Assembly: GCA_024644945.1 (NCBI GenBank) | Contig: JAHEGU010000006.1 | Span: 39,143 to 103,142 of the forward strand | Source: Gammaproteobacteria bacterium | GTDB taxonomy: Bacteria > Pseudomonadota > Gammaproteobacteria > Arenicellales > Poriferihabitantaceae | Direction: 5' to 3' | Length of the DNA stretch: 64,000 bases | Shown here: positions 1 through 9,925 of the stretch, one piece after another | Layout: each line of letters opens with the position of its first letter | Position numbering within the stretch: position 1 is the stretch's first letter | Position numbers and translations under genes: made by a program | Notes under the pieces: generated by a model | The model's input: only the letters and a program-made list of their open reading frames with translations | Database searches by the model: none | Told to the model about the DNA's origin: nothing

Positions 1-1737
1 CGATACAGTCGTTTGCCGCTCATGGGAGTATCCGACATGATGACTGGCAGCTATGATCCGGTTCAGGCCTACGCTGTAAGCAAACGCGATATTTCTGCAC
101 TCAGAAAGATGCATGTAGACGCAGCAATTCGGGCACGAGACATCGGGTTTGATATTATTTACTGCTACGCAGGTCACGATCTTTCGCTAGCGCATCATTT
201 TATCAGCAGGCGACACAATAGACGCACAGATGAATATGGCGGTTCGCTGGAAAACCGCGTACGGTTCCTGCGCGAAATTTTAGAAGCCACGGTCGAAGCA
301 GTGGGAGATCAATGTGCAGTTGCCTTACGATTCGCTGTGGACGAACTGATCGGCGAGGAAGGTACTGTTGCCGCTGAGGAAGGCAAAGATATTGTGGAAA
401 TGCTAGCTGATATCCCGGACCTTTGGGATGTCAATGTGTCCGACTGGTCCAATGATTCATTGACTGCAAGGTTTGGCGAAGAAGGTGCCCAGGAGAAGTA
501 CACAGCGTTCGTCAAACGAGTAACCTCAAAACCGGTGGTGGGGGTCGGGAGATTTACTTCACCTGATACCATGGTCTCTCAAATCAAACGCGGGATTCTT
601 GACCTGATCGGCGCCGCACGTCCCTCTATTGCAGACCCTTTCCTGCCGAAGAAGATCGAGGAAGGCCGGCTGGAAGATATTAGAGAATGTATAGGATGTA
701 ATATCTGCGCGTCCAGCGACATGGTGATCCAGCCGCTGCGCTGCACCCAGAACCCAACCACCGCTGAGGAATATCGACGTGGATGGCATCCTGAGCGCAT
801 CGCGGTTAAACATAAAGATGAGCACGTTATGATCGTAGGCGCGGGTCCGGCAGGCCTGGAAGCGGCGCTATCACTGGGACGCAGAGGCTATCAGGTGACC
901 GTGGCAGATGCCGGGAAACAGGCTGGCGGCCGGGTTTTAAATGAGTCGAAACTGCCGGGATTATCAACCTGGAGACGGGTAGTAGATTACCGTCTCGGCC
1001 AAATAGAAAAGCTGGCTAACGTAGATATTCATCTTGAGAGCGCTCTCGATGCCGAGCAGGTTTTGGAATTCTCCAAGATGCTCGGTATTGATCGCCTGGT
1101 CATTGCAACCGGTGCGCGTTGGCGCAGGGATGGAATCGGCCGAACTCACTTTAAGCCTGTTTTGCAGGATTCGGATATGCGGACTCTGACGCCCGATGAT
1201 CTTTTTGAAAATTATTCGCCAGGTGAAAGGGTAGTGATTTACGATGACGACTATTATTACCTGGCGAGCGTAGTGGCAGAGAAGCTGTGTGCGGCAGGGG
1301 CACATGTAACTATTGTTACACCTGCCCCAGAGGTGGCTGCGTGGACGAAAAACACGCTGGAGCAACGTCATATAGAAACGCGTCTGTTCGATCTCGGGGT
1401 CACCATTATCACAAAACATGTTATTGAAAACGCCTGCGCCGAAAGTGTGCAGGTAAATAGGCTGAATAGCGATCACAAGCTTCAGATCGCCTGCGACCAA
1501 TGCATATTAATCACATCGCGCCAAGCGCAACATCAACTCTTTTTTGATCTTGATGCGATGCCCGATCGCACTGCTGCAGCAGGTTTGACACACATCACCA
1601 GAATTGGAGACTGCCTCGCCCCCTCAACCATCGCAGCGGCGGTATATGAAGGACATCGATACGCACAGGAGTATGAACAGGAAAACGATTTGCATCGTAT
1701 CCCCTTTAAACGCGAAAATATCGAACTGGCTCCGTAG
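1..1737 (+). CDS. FadH / 2,4-dienoyl-CoA reductase-like NADH:flavin oxidoreductase (OYE barrel + 4Fe-4S + FAD/NAD(P) domain); 5' end outside the window
   Basis: Frame 1 is open from nt 1. Motifs: YCYAGHDLSLAHHFIS...RRTDEYGGSLENR (OYE-type flavin site), CIGCNIC (Fe-S ligand cluster as in the FadH/trimethylamine dehydrogenase family), VMIVGAGPAGLEAA (Rossmann). The flavin-site motif sits about 120 residues closer to the N-terminus than in full-length family members, so the gene is truncated by the window edge. Confidence 0.75.
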   Translation, partial: RYSRLPLMGVSDMMTGSYDPVQAYAVSKRDISALRKMHVDAAIRARDIGFDIIYCYAGHDLSLAHHFISRRHNRRTDEYGGSLENRVRFLREILEATVEAVGDQCAVALRFAVDELIGEEGTVAAEEGKDIVEMLADIPDLWDVNVSDWSNDSLTARFGEEGAQEKYTAFVKRVTSKPVVGVGRFTSPDTMVSQIKRGILDLIGAARPSIADPFLPKKIEEGRLEDIRECIGCNICASSDMVIQPLRCTQNPTTAEEYRRGWHPERIAVKHKDEHVMIVGAGPAGLEAALSLGRRGYQVTVADAGKQAGGRVLNESKLPGLSTWRRVVDYRLGQIEKLANVDIHLESALDAEQVLEFSKMLGIDRLVIATGARWRRDGIGRTHFKPVLQDSDMRTLTPDDLFENYSPGERVVIYDDDYYYLASVVAEKLCAAGAHVTIVTPAPEVAAWTKNTLEQRHIETRLFDLGVTIITKHVIENACAESVQVNRLNSDHKLQIACDQCILITSRQAQHQLFFDLDAMPDRTAAAGLTHITRIGDCLAPSTIAAAVYEGHRYAQEYEQENDLHRIPFKRENIELAP

Positions 1738-2522
1738 TGAATACCAAGATTGGAAAAAGCGTCCTGATCCGTGTGACCGAGAATGTGGCGACAGTCACGT
1801 TGAATCGACCGGAAGTGGTCAATGCTATTGATGAAAATACTCGTAGTGATCTGAAAGAGATTTTTACAAATATCCAGGCGAGCGATGACATCAAAGCGGT
1901 GATTCTAACCGGCGATAGGGATAATTTTTGTGGTGGCAGCGAGGTCACCTCATTGCAGGATATCAGCACCTCTCTGGCAATGGAGCAGATGCGAAATGTG
2001 CGACATACTGCCATGGCTATCGCCGCGTGTAATAAACCAATAATCGTCGCTGTCGAAGGACACGCAGCCGGGGCGGGGATCGGACTGGCGCTATTGTGCG
2101 ACAAGATTATCGCAAGTAAAAAATCAAAGTTTACTTTCTCTTTCAGTCGAATCGGCCTGGGCCCGGAATGGGGACTTAGTGTTACGCTACCAGACCGAGT
2201 AGGTCGCATAGGGGCACGAAATCTTTTTTGGAATGCGCAAAAAATGAGCGCGCGTTCAGCCCTGGAAATCGGATTGATCGACGAGATCTGCATTCCTGGG
2301 GGGGCACTGGATTGCGCCTGGGTAGAGGCAAAAATGCTCGCCAATAAAGCAACCCTGGCAGTTCAGGGTACTAAATTTCTTACCCGGATCCCCCTTGATG
2401 AATTGCGCGCTGCATTGGACAATGAGGCCGTCAGCCAGGCTGCCTGCGTATCCTCTGATGATTTCAGCAACGGAATCAAGGTCTTCAAGAATCGCAGAAG
2501 GCAAAAATCGGAAATTGAATAG
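1737..2522 (+). CDS. enoyl-CoA hydratase/isomerase (crotonase superfamily)
   Basis: 261 aa. GTG start overlaps the upstream stop (TAGTG). Crotonase-type segments AVILTG..NFCGG and VAVEGHAAGAGIGLALLCD. Confidence 0.8.
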   Translation: MNTKIGKSVLIRVTENVATVTLNRPEVVNAIDENTRSDLKEIFTNIQASDDIKAVILTGDRDNFCGGSEVTSLQDISTSLAMEQMRNVRHTAMAIAACNKPIIVAVEGHAAGAGIGLALLCDKIIASKKSKFTFSFSRIGLGPEWGLSVTLPDRVGRIGARNLFWNAQKMSARSALEIGLIDEICIPGGALDCAWVEAKMLANKATLAVQGTKFLTRIPLDELRAALDNEAVSQAACVSSDDFSNGIKVFKNRRRQKSEIE

Positions 2523-2536
2523 AAGGTATTGATCGA

Positions 2537-4072
2537 ATGAGCTATCCGCGCCAGTACAACGCCGTAACCGACCTACTAGATAATAATGTGGACCAGGGGC
2601 GAGGCAGCAAAACGGCGTTTATCGATCAAAGCCGAAGCGTTACCTATCGCGAGCTGCAAAGCCAGTCCTGTCGGGTCGCAAATCTGCTCACACAGCTTGG
2701 TGTAAAACCGGAGTCGAGAATAGCGCTACTGATGCACGATACCGTTGACTGGCCCGCTGTTTTTCTGGGGTCGATCCGTGCAGGGATAGTACCGGTAGCG
2801 ATTAATACATTGCTTGGCACAGACCCCTATAAGTATATTCTCGAAGATTCTCGGGCCCAGATACTGTTTATATCCGCCCCCCTGCTCGATACCGTTGCGC
2901 CTATCATTTCCGACCTGCAATTCTTACAGCAGATGATTGTTGCAGGAGGCCATGCTGAAGGCCACATGAGCCTGGACAGCGCACTGGCCGAACAGCCAGA
3001 CACTTTCGAAACCGCCGGCACCTGCTGTGACGAAGTAGCGTTCTGGCTATATTCATCAGGCTCCACCGGCACCCCAAAAGGTGTTCCCCATATTCAAACC
3101 AGCATGATGGAAACTGCCCGTCATTACGGACAGGATGTGATGGGAATCCGCGAAGACGACACCGTTTTTTCCGCTGCCAAGCTGTTCTTTGCTTATGGCC
3201 TTGGTAATGCATTGAGTTTTCCAATGTCAGTGGGGGCCACCACTGTCCTGTGGACTGCCAGACCGACCCCACAAGACATGTTTGACATGCTGAAACATCA
3301 CCAGCCAACCATTTTCTACGGTGTGCCCACTTTATACGCTGCGATGCTTGCTCATCCCGAATGCGGCCCGGCAATAAGTTCGGAACAGTTAAGGCTATGC
3401 GTTTCCGCCGGTGAAGCTCTGCCGAAGGAAGTGGGTGAAAAATGGCACAACATATTTGGTGTCGACATCATTGATGGTGTCGGTTCCACCGAGATGCTGC
3501 ATATCTTTCTTTCGAATAGTCCTGGTGACGTGGTTTACGGCACGTCTGGAACCGCGGTGCCTGGATACCAGTTGCGCCTGGTGGGCGAACATGGTGATGA
3601 AGTAAGTGACGATGAAATTGGCGAACTGCTTGTAGACGGCCTGTCGTCGACACCTGGCTACTGGAACCAGAGAGAGAAGTCGCGCCAGACCTTCGAGGGA
3701 CGCTGGACCCGGACCGGTGACAAATACACCCGGACCAGTGACGCTCGCTATATTTATTGTGGGCGCACGGACGACATGTTTAAAGTAAGTGGTCAATGGG
3801 TATCCCCATTTGAGGTTGAATCTGCACTCGTGACGCACCCATCCGTGCTGGAAGCGGCGGTAGTTGGGTACGAAGATCATGATGGACTTACCAAGCCACG
3901 GGCATTCGTCACCCTTATACCGGGAGAGTCTATAGATAATATCGAAGAGATACTCAAACAGCAGGTCAAGTCTGCGATCGGCAAATGGAAGTATCCCCGG
4001 GAGATCAAGATCGTCGATGAATTGCCAAAAACCGCAACTGGAAAAATCCAGAGATTCAAACTCCGTAACTAG
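2537..4072 (+). CDS. benzoate-CoA ligase family aryl-CoA ligase (ANL superfamily)
   Basis: 511 aa. AMP-binding motif YSSGSTGTPKG and C-terminal TATGKIQRFKLR. Size and N-terminal region fit benzoate/4-hydroxybenzoate-CoA ligases. Located inside a box cluster. Confidence 0.8.
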   Translation: MSYPRQYNAVTDLLDNNVDQGRGSKTAFIDQSRSVTYRELQSQSCRVANLLTQLGVKPESRIALLMHDTVDWPAVFLGSIRAGIVPVAINTLLGTDPYKYILEDSRAQILFISAPLLDTVAPIISDLQFLQQMIVAGGHAEGHMSLDSALAEQPDTFETAGTCCDEVAFWLYSSGSTGTPKGVPHIQTSMMETARHYGQDVMGIREDDTVFSAAKLFFAYGLGNALSFPMSVGATTVLWTARPTPQDMFDMLKHHQPTIFYGVPTLYAAMLAHPECGPAISSEQLRLCVSAGEALPKEVGEKWHNIFGVDIIDGVGSTEMLHIFLSNSPGDVVYGTSGTAVPGYQLRLVGEHGDEVSDDEIGELLVDGLSSTPGYWNQREKSRQTFEGRWTRTGDKYTRTSDARYIYCGRTDDMFKVSGQWVSPFEVESALVTHPSVLEAAVVGYEDHDGLTKPRAFVTLIPGESIDNIEEILKQQVKSAIGKWKYPREIKIVDELPKTATGKIQRFKLRN

Positions 4073-4080
4073 ACAATTTA

Positions 4081-4881
4081 ATGCTGCAGCCAGGCAGCGG
4101 CAGGATTCGGTGCCGTGAAGGCAGTTTAGAATTCGAGCTGCATAAACCTCCTCAATTAGGCAATGTCGTGCCGGCTGCTACCCTGGTATTGCTGCATGAA
4201 GGTCTGGGCTCGGTGTCAATGTGGAGGCACTTTCCCGGTCATCTGGCCGAGGCAACGGGCTGCAATGTACTTGCATACTCACGATTAGGATATGGAGAAT
4301 CGGATCCGTGTAAGTTGCCTCGAGAGGTGAATTATATGCATCTTGAGGGGCAAGAAGTGTTGCCCCAGGTAATAGCTCAGATCGACAGCACCGAAATTGT
4401 TTTGATTGGACACTCCGACGGTGCTTCTATTGCTGCGATTTATGCGGGTGACAATCCAGATATCAAAATAAAATCCATCGTTTTAATGGCCCCTCACTTC
4501 TTTACCGAAAGCATTGCACTGAAATCTATCGAAGCCGCCAAGGAGGCCTATGAACTAGGCGATTTGCGAAGGCGACTGGAGCGCCACCATGGGGCCAACA
4601 CTGACAATGCATTTTACGGATGGAATGGGGCCTGGCTGAATCCTGCTTTCAGAAACTGGGACATCACTGAGTTCCTTCCAAAAATCTCGGTTCCAATACT
4701 GCTGGTACAGGGTAAACAGGATCAATATGGCAGTTCCGCGCAACTGGAAGTGGTCAAACAACGGTGTGGTGTAGAAGTGGAAATATGCGTTCTGGATGAC
4801 TGCCGCCACTCGCCGCACTTTGAGCAAGAACAACAAACAATCGGGGCGATCTCCAGTTTTCTGGCTAACGTGTCATCGTGA
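4081..4881 (+). CDS. alpha/beta-fold hydrolase
   Basis: 266 aa. Nucleophile elbow GHSDGA, HEGLGS oxyanion-type segment, C-terminal D..CRHSPH consistent with an Asp/His triad. Confidence 0.7.
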   Translation: MLQPGSGRIRCREGSLEFELHKPPQLGNVVPAATLVLLHEGLGSVSMWRHFPGHLAEATGCNVLAYSRLGYGESDPCKLPREVNYMHLEGQEVLPQVIAQIDSTEIVLIGHSDGASIAAIYAGDNPDIKIKSIVLMAPHFFTESIALKSIEAAKEAYELGDLRRRLERHHGANTDNAFYGWNGAWLNPAFRNWDITEFLPKISVPILLVQGKQDQYGSSAQLEVVKQRCGVEVEICVLDDCRHSPHFEQEQQTIGAISSFLANVSS

Positions 4882-4939
4882 ATCTATGCTTTTAAGATGG
4901 TACTCTGGCGGAATACTGCTGAGCGGCTGCACATAAGGA

Positions 4940-5467
4940 TTGCGTCAATGCGTATCAGGATCTAATCTGAGTGCTTCACCCTCTGCGGTCATTCATCCGT
5001 TGACTCATTCACTGACCATACTTTCGGACGACCGATTCGGTCTCCCTCCAGCTCGTCATATTCCCGGAAGCGGCTCTGTGCCCTGTCTCGATTTTCTCAG
5101 GCCAATCAACGAGCGCTGCCCAACTAAGGTGGAATCTGAAAATTGGTGCGATAACGTCGCTTACCGATACGGATGGTTCTTGTTCCTTAACGCATACTAC
5201 TGGGAGTCCCACGAAATATGGGAAACGGTGTGGATGCGGTGCGCAGTTAACAGTAGAGAAAGGTTTCTGTTAAAAGGATTAATTCAACTGGCGAACGCCA
5301 GACTAAAAACTGCACAAGGAAAATATAACGCCGCACAAAAAATTCTACTTCAAAGCCAAGAGGTGATCGAAGAAGCCTTTCGAGGGAGACCACAAGCTGA
5401 CTCAGGGACGATCATGGGGGTGAAACAATATGACCTGCTTGAGCTGAATCAGAATTACGCATTATAG
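4940..5467 (+). CDS. DUF309-like small protein (start uncertain)
   Basis: Core FLFLNAYYWESHEIWETVW resembles the DUF309 signature as I recall it. The TTG at 4940 has an SD-like AAGGA directly abutting it, so the true start may lie further downstream. Confidence 0.45.
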   Translation: MRQCVSGSNLSASPSAVIHPLTHSLTILSDDRFGLPPARHIPGSGSVPCLDFLRPINERCPTKVESENWCDNVAYRYGWFLFLNAYYWESHEIWETVWMRCAVNSRERFLLKGLIQLANARLKTAQGKYNAAQKILLQSQEVIEEAFRGRPQADSGTIMGVKQYDLLELNQNYAL

Positions 5468-5479
5468 TACATGTTTTAA

Positions 5480-5493
5480 TGCAGTCTTATGCA
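5480..5493 (+). promoter_or_regulatory. TGCA-N6-TGCA direct repeat, candidate BoxR/BzdR-type operator
   Basis: TGCA at 5480-5483 and 5490-5493 separated by gtctta, about 20 bp upstream of a candidate -35 and about 100 bp upstream of the boxC ATG. BzdR/BoxR operators are reported to contain TGCA repeats (recalled from the literature). Confidence 0.35.
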
Positions 5494-5512
5494 CTTTACA
5501 GCTGTTTCTGCG

Positions 5513-5541
5513 TTGAACAGACAGGGCTGTATAGCTATAAC
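5513..5541 (+). promoter_or_regulatory. candidate sigma70 promoter for boxCBA (TTGAAC-N17-TATAAC)
   Basis: -35 TTGAAC at 5513-5518, a 17-nt spacer, and -10 TATAAC at 5536-5541, about 55 nt upstream of the boxC ATG at 5596. Confidence 0.4.
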
Positions 5542-5595
5542 CATTTCTGCTTGTCTTCTAATAGCCGAGCCGCCCACAACCCACAACGACTAGCA

Positions 5596-7245
5596 ATGAT
5601 AGATTTTCAAACCGGTCCAGATCAATATCGACATTGGAAAATTAACTATGAGGGAGAGATTGCCCGGTTAATAATGGACGTTGATCAGAATGCCGGCTTG
5701 TTTGAGGGCTATGAGCTGAAGCTCAATTCCTACGATTTAGGAGTTGATATTGAGCTCTATGATGCGCTGCAAAGAATACGGTTCGAACATCCTGAAGTAC
5801 GCGTGGTTATCCTTGAGTCGGGAAAGGAAAATGTGTTCTGCGCCGGCGCTAATATACGCATGCTGGCTGGTGCGTCGCATGCGCACAAGGTCGGATTTTG
5901 CAAATTCACTAACGAAACTCGAAACTCGATCGAACAGGCCAGTGCGCAATCCGGCGTGCAATTTATTGCCCTGATCAATGGCGCCTGCGCGGGCGGAGGG
6001 TATGAACTGGCAATGGCGTGTGATTATCTGATACTTAATGACGATGGGAGTTCATCCGTAGCATTGCCAGAGGTGCCTCTACTCGCGGTGCTTCCGGGTA
6101 CTGGCGGATTGACACGCCTGACCGATAAGAGAAAGGTACGCCGAGATCGGGCTGACATTTTTTGTTCGGTTGAAGAAGGCGTTCGAGGCGCAAAAGCGGT
6201 AGATTGGCGACTGGTCGATGAGACCGCGCCACGCTCAAAGATTGCAGAGCTCGCAGTTGAACGGGCGCGCGAGCTGGCGGCACAATCTGATCGCCCCGAT
6301 AATGCTCAAGGCATTGCGCTCGGTCCACTCAGCCGACAAATTACTGATGATGCAATCACCTACTCCAGCGTAAGCGTAATCATCAACCGCCAGAAAGGAC
6401 TGGCGACAATAGAAATTGCAGCTCCAGCAATGCAGCCACCGGCCGATCCTGAAAAAATGCAGGGGCTGGGCGATCAATTCTGGCCACTGCGGGCCGCCAG
6501 GGAGTTGGACGATGCATTACTTCATTTGCGTACCAACGAAGAACAGATAGGTGTATTAGTGTTCACCACCAGCGGAGATCTGGATAGCGTAGTGGCGATG
6601 GATAACTTTCTCGAAGCCCATGCCGATCACTGGCTGGCACGAGAAATATTGTTGAACTGGTGTCGAGTGCTCAAGCGCATTGACCTGACCTCACGTTCTT
6701 TGGTGGCGCTGATTGAACCCGGCAGTTGCTTCGGTGGCACCCTTGCTGAAATCGCCTTTGCCTGTGATAGAAACTTCATGGCGCTGGGGGAATTCGAAGA
6801 TGACCCGAGACCAGAAGCTAATCTGGCGCTTACCGCGGTTAATTTCGGTCGCTACCCGATGTCTAATGGGCTCAGTCGTCTGCAAACCCGCTTTCTCGGG
6901 GAACCCGAAACACTGGAGCTCGCTTGGTCAACCATCGGACAGTTCCTCGATGCAACGCAAGCCGAGAAGCTGGGGTTGGTGACAGCTAGTTTCGACGATA
7001 TTGACTGGGAAGATGAAATCAGAATATTCCTTGAGGAACGAATAAGCTTTTCTCCCGACGCGATGACTGGAATGGAAGCTAACCTGCGGTTTGCCGGCCC
7101 TGAAACCATGGAAACGCGAATCTTCGGTCGACTCACAGCGTGGCAGAACTGGATATTCCAGCGGCCTAATGCGGTAGGGGAAAACGGAGCACTTAGACGG
7201 TACGGAAGCGGCCAAAAAGCCGAGTTCAATCGCCAGCGAGTTTAG
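5596..7245 (+). CDS. boxC: BoxC, 2,3-epoxybenzoyl-CoA dihydrolase (benzoyl-CoA-dihydrodiol lyase)
   Basis: 549 aa from the ATG at 5596 (MIDFQTGPDQYRHWK...). Double crotonase-like architecture (VFCAGANIRML; second half TSGD...). Immediately upstream of boxB and boxA. The 39-codon upstream ORF extension looks non-protein-like and covers the candidate promoter. Confidence 0.85.
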   Translation: MIDFQTGPDQYRHWKINYEGEIARLIMDVDQNAGLFEGYELKLNSYDLGVDIELYDALQRIRFEHPEVRVVILESGKENVFCAGANIRMLAGASHAHKVGFCKFTNETRNSIEQASAQSGVQFIALINGACAGGGYELAMACDYLILNDDGSSSVALPEVPLLAVLPGTGGLTRLTDKRKVRRDRADIFCSVEEGVRGAKAVDWRLVDETAPRSKIAELAVERARELAAQSDRPDNAQGIALGPLSRQITDDAITYSSVSVIINRQKGLATIEIAAPAMQPPADPEKMQGLGDQFWPLRAARELDDALLHLRTNEEQIGVLVFTTSGDLDSVVAMDNFLEAHADHWLAREILLNWCRVLKRIDLTSRSLVALIEPGSCFGGTLAEIAFACDRNFMALGEFEDDPRPEANLALTAVNFGRYPMSNGLSRLQTRFLGEPETLELAWSTIGQFLDATQAEKLGLVTASFDDIDWEDEIRIFLEERISFSPDAMTGMEANLRFAGPETMETRIFGRLTAWQNWIFQRPNAVGENGALRRYGSGQKAEFNRQRV

Positions 7246-7280
7246 GATTTATACAATTTTATATACGAGAGAATTCAATC

Positions 7281-8723
7281 ATGACAAGCAATGCAGTTGA
7301 CTACGATACTTTGATCCCAAATAATGTTGGCCTGTCCGAAGACCGACGCTTACTCAAAGCACTTGAACGATGGCATCCGGGATACATAGATTGGTGGAAG
7401 GACATGGGCCCCAACGGATTCCAGGAGAGCAATGTGTATTTGCGCACCGCAGTGGGCGTGGAAAAGGATGGTTGGGCACAATTTGGATATGTAAAAATGC
7501 CGGAGTATCGATGGGGCGTGTTACTGGCACCTCAAGTTCAGGATCGTAAGATTGGATTTGGCAATCACCAAGGCGAACCGGCATGGCAAGAGGTGCCGGG
7601 CGAATATCGCGCAATGCTCAGGCGTCTGATCGTTATACAAGGCGATACGGAGCCCGCATCAGTTGAGCAGCAACGCTATCTGGGCAAAACCGCTCCCTCG
7701 CTGTACGATATGCGCAACCTGTTTCAGGTAAATGTAGAAGAAGGCCGCCACCTGTGGGCCATGGTTTACCTGCTGCAAAAATACTTCGCTGCAGATGGCA
7801 GAGAAGAAGCAAATATGCTCCTTGAGCGACGATCTGGTGATATAGACAAACCGCGTATGCTGGGCGCATTCAACGAAGAAACTCCTGACTGGCTATCGTT
7901 CTTCATGTTCACTTTCTTTACCGATCGAGACGGTAAGATGCAGCTCGAAAGCCTGGCACAATCCGGATTCGACCCGCTTTCTCGAACCACCCGATTTATG
8001 CTGATGGAAGAAGCCCATCATATGTTTGTTGGTGAAAGCGGAGTCGGTCGCGTAATTGAAAAAACCTGCGAAGCAATGAATCAGGCTGGGATAGAAGATC
8101 CCTACGAGATTGAGGCCGTTAGAGCTTTGGGTGTGGTTGACTTACCCACAGTGCAGAAGAAAGCCAACCTGCATTACTCGCTGTCACTCGATCTGTTTGG
8201 ATCAGAAGTATCTACAAATGCCGCTAATGCCTACAATGCCGGTATCAAAGGACGCTATCAGGAAGATAAAATCGAAGATGATCACCGCTTGTTGAGCGAC
8301 ACTTATCCGGTTCTTAAGTTAGTAAACGGAGAAATTAAGGGTGTAGAAGAAAACGCGCTTACTGCACTCAATATGCGACTGCGCGACGACTACTCCAAAG
8401 ACGCTGGGAAGGGCGTCGGCCGGTGGAACAAAATTATTAAGAAAAATGGAATAGAATTTGAAATCACCCTGCCGCATTGCGCTTTCCATAGAATGATTGG
8501 TGAATTTGCAAATATTTCGGCTTCGCCGGAAGGAACACTGATGTCTAACGAAACGTTTAGCCAACAAAAAGATAATTGGTTACCGTCGCAACAGGATGGG
8601 GAATTCATCCAGTCCTTGATGCGACCTGTTGTTGAACCAGGCCAATACGCCAATTGGATTGCTGCGCCCAAAGTTGGTGTTGATCGTAAGCCAGGTGATT
8701 TTGAATATGTTCAGCTCAACTGA
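7281..8723 (+). CDS. boxB: BoxB, benzoyl-CoA 2,3-epoxidase diiron oxygenase subunit
   Basis: 480 aa. Two ExxH diiron motifs (VEEGRHLW, MEEAHHMF). Typical BoxB size and position between boxC and boxA. Confidence 0.9.
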   Translation: MTSNAVDYDTLIPNNVGLSEDRRLLKALERWHPGYIDWWKDMGPNGFQESNVYLRTAVGVEKDGWAQFGYVKMPEYRWGVLLAPQVQDRKIGFGNHQGEPAWQEVPGEYRAMLRRLIVIQGDTEPASVEQQRYLGKTAPSLYDMRNLFQVNVEEGRHLWAMVYLLQKYFAADGREEANMLLERRSGDIDKPRMLGAFNEETPDWLSFFMFTFFTDRDGKMQLESLAQSGFDPLSRTTRFMLMEEAHHMFVGESGVGRVIEKTCEAMNQAGIEDPYEIEAVRALGVVDLPTVQKKANLHYSLSLDLFGSEVSTNAANAYNAGIKGRYQEDKIEDDHRLLSDTYPVLKLVNGEIKGVEENALTALNMRLRDDYSKDAGKGVGRWNKIIKKNGIEFEITLPHCAFHRMIGEFANISASPEGTLMSNETFSQQKDNWLPSQQDGEFIQSLMRPVVEPGQYANWIAAPKVGVDRKPGDFEYVQLN

Positions 8724-8737
8724 GGAAGAAAAACACA

Positions 8738-9925
8738 ATGCCGGAGCTGATCAAGCAGCATCTCATTGACCCAGAAATTTGCATTCGCTGTTACACCTGT
8801 GAGGAAACCTGCCCGATAGATGCAATAACCCACGACGACGAAAATGTAGTGGTGGACGCTGACTTATGCAATTACTGCATGGAGTGCATTGCGCCCTGTC
8901 CTACCGGTTCTATCGACAACTGGCGATTGGTCAATTCTCCCTACTCACTAGAACAGCAATTCGAGTGGGAGGAGTTGCCAATGCAGGAGGAACTCGGGGA
9001 GCAAGACAGCGTTTCTTTGAATGAAGCACTGGAACAGGAGATTGCAAGCCTTCTCGAGCAGGCCCACGAAGGAACTGGCGGTAATCCCTCAGCACCTGCT
9101 AGTGCCGCGCAACCAACCATAAATCTTTACAGTCGCGGCAAACCAGCTTTCGCGCAGGTACAGGGCAATTACCGTCTGACTGAAGAACACACGGAAAATG
9201 ATGTGCGCCATATTATCCTGAATTTTGGCGACACTGTATTCCCCGTGCTTGAAGGTCAAAGCATCGGTATTGCACCTCCCGCCGAAGAAGGAGAAAACGC
9301 ACAACTTATTCGGCTTTACTCGATCGCAAGCGCTAGAGACGGCGAAAAGAGGAATGCTAACAATTTTGCCCTGACTGTAAAGCGCGAACCCGATGGTCGC
9401 TGCTCAAACTACTTATGCAATCTACAAAAGGGCGACCAAGTCGAGGTGACCGGACCATTTGGAGGCACCTTTTTAATGCCAAATGATCCCAATGCTAATA
9501 TTATTATGATTTGTACAGGTACGGGATCGGCGCCGTTTCGCGCATTTACCGAACGCAGACGTCGCGCCGCGCCGGGCGCCAGCGGCAAGCTGCTATTGTT
9601 TTTTGGCGCACGCACGCCTGAGGAGCTACCTTACTTCGGCCCTCTCAATAAACTCCCGCACAAACTGATCGAGAAACACCTCGTTTACTCCCGGATTCCC
9701 GGGAAGCCTAAGGAATACGTGCAGGATCGTATGCTGGAACAGTCGGATACTGTTGGAAAATTACTGCAATGTAATCAAACCTATATCTATGTTTGCGGTC
9801 TTAAAGGCATGGAGACTGGCGTCGATAAATCGTTACAAGAAATTTGCCTGCGTCATCACCTGAACTGGGGCGACCTCAAAACCAATATGCGAGCCTCTGG
9901 TCGCTACCATGTCGAAACCTACTGA
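8738..9925 (+). CDS. boxA: BoxA, benzoyl-CoA oxygenase reductase subunit (2x[4Fe-4S] ferredoxin + FNR-like domain)
   Basis: 395 aa. CIRCYTCEETCP and CNYCMECIAPCP ferredoxin motifs, RLYSIAS FAD motif, CTGTGSAPFRAF NAD(P)H motif. Confidence 0.9.
   Translation: MPELIKQHLIDPEICIRCYTCEETCPIDAITHDDENVVVDADLCNYCMECIAPCPTGSIDNWRLVNSPYSLEQQFEWEELPMQEELGEQDSVSLNEALEQEIASLLEQAHEGTGGNPSAPASAAQPTINLYSRGKPAFAQVQGNYRLTEEHTENDVRHIILNFGDTVFPVLEGQSIGIAPPAEEGENAQLIRLYSIASARDGEKRNANNFALTVKREPDGRCSNYLCNLQKGDQVEVTGPFGGTFLMPNDPNANIIMICTGTGSAPFRAFTERRRRAAPGASGKLLLFFGARTPEELPYFGPLNKLPHKLIEKHLVYSRIPGKPKEYVQDRMLEQSDTVGKLLQCNQTYIYVCGLKGMETGVDKSLQEICLRHHLNWGDLKTNMRASGRYHVETY

Noticed and set aside
5479-5595. 39-codon N-terminal extension of the boxC ORF (the track gives 588 aa starting at 5479)
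   Set aside because: The extension (MQSYALYSCFCVEQTGLYSYNHFCLSS...) is Cys/Tyr/Ser-rich and unlike a protein N-terminus. It covers the candidate promoter and TGCA repeats. BoxC-like sequence begins at the ATG at 5596.
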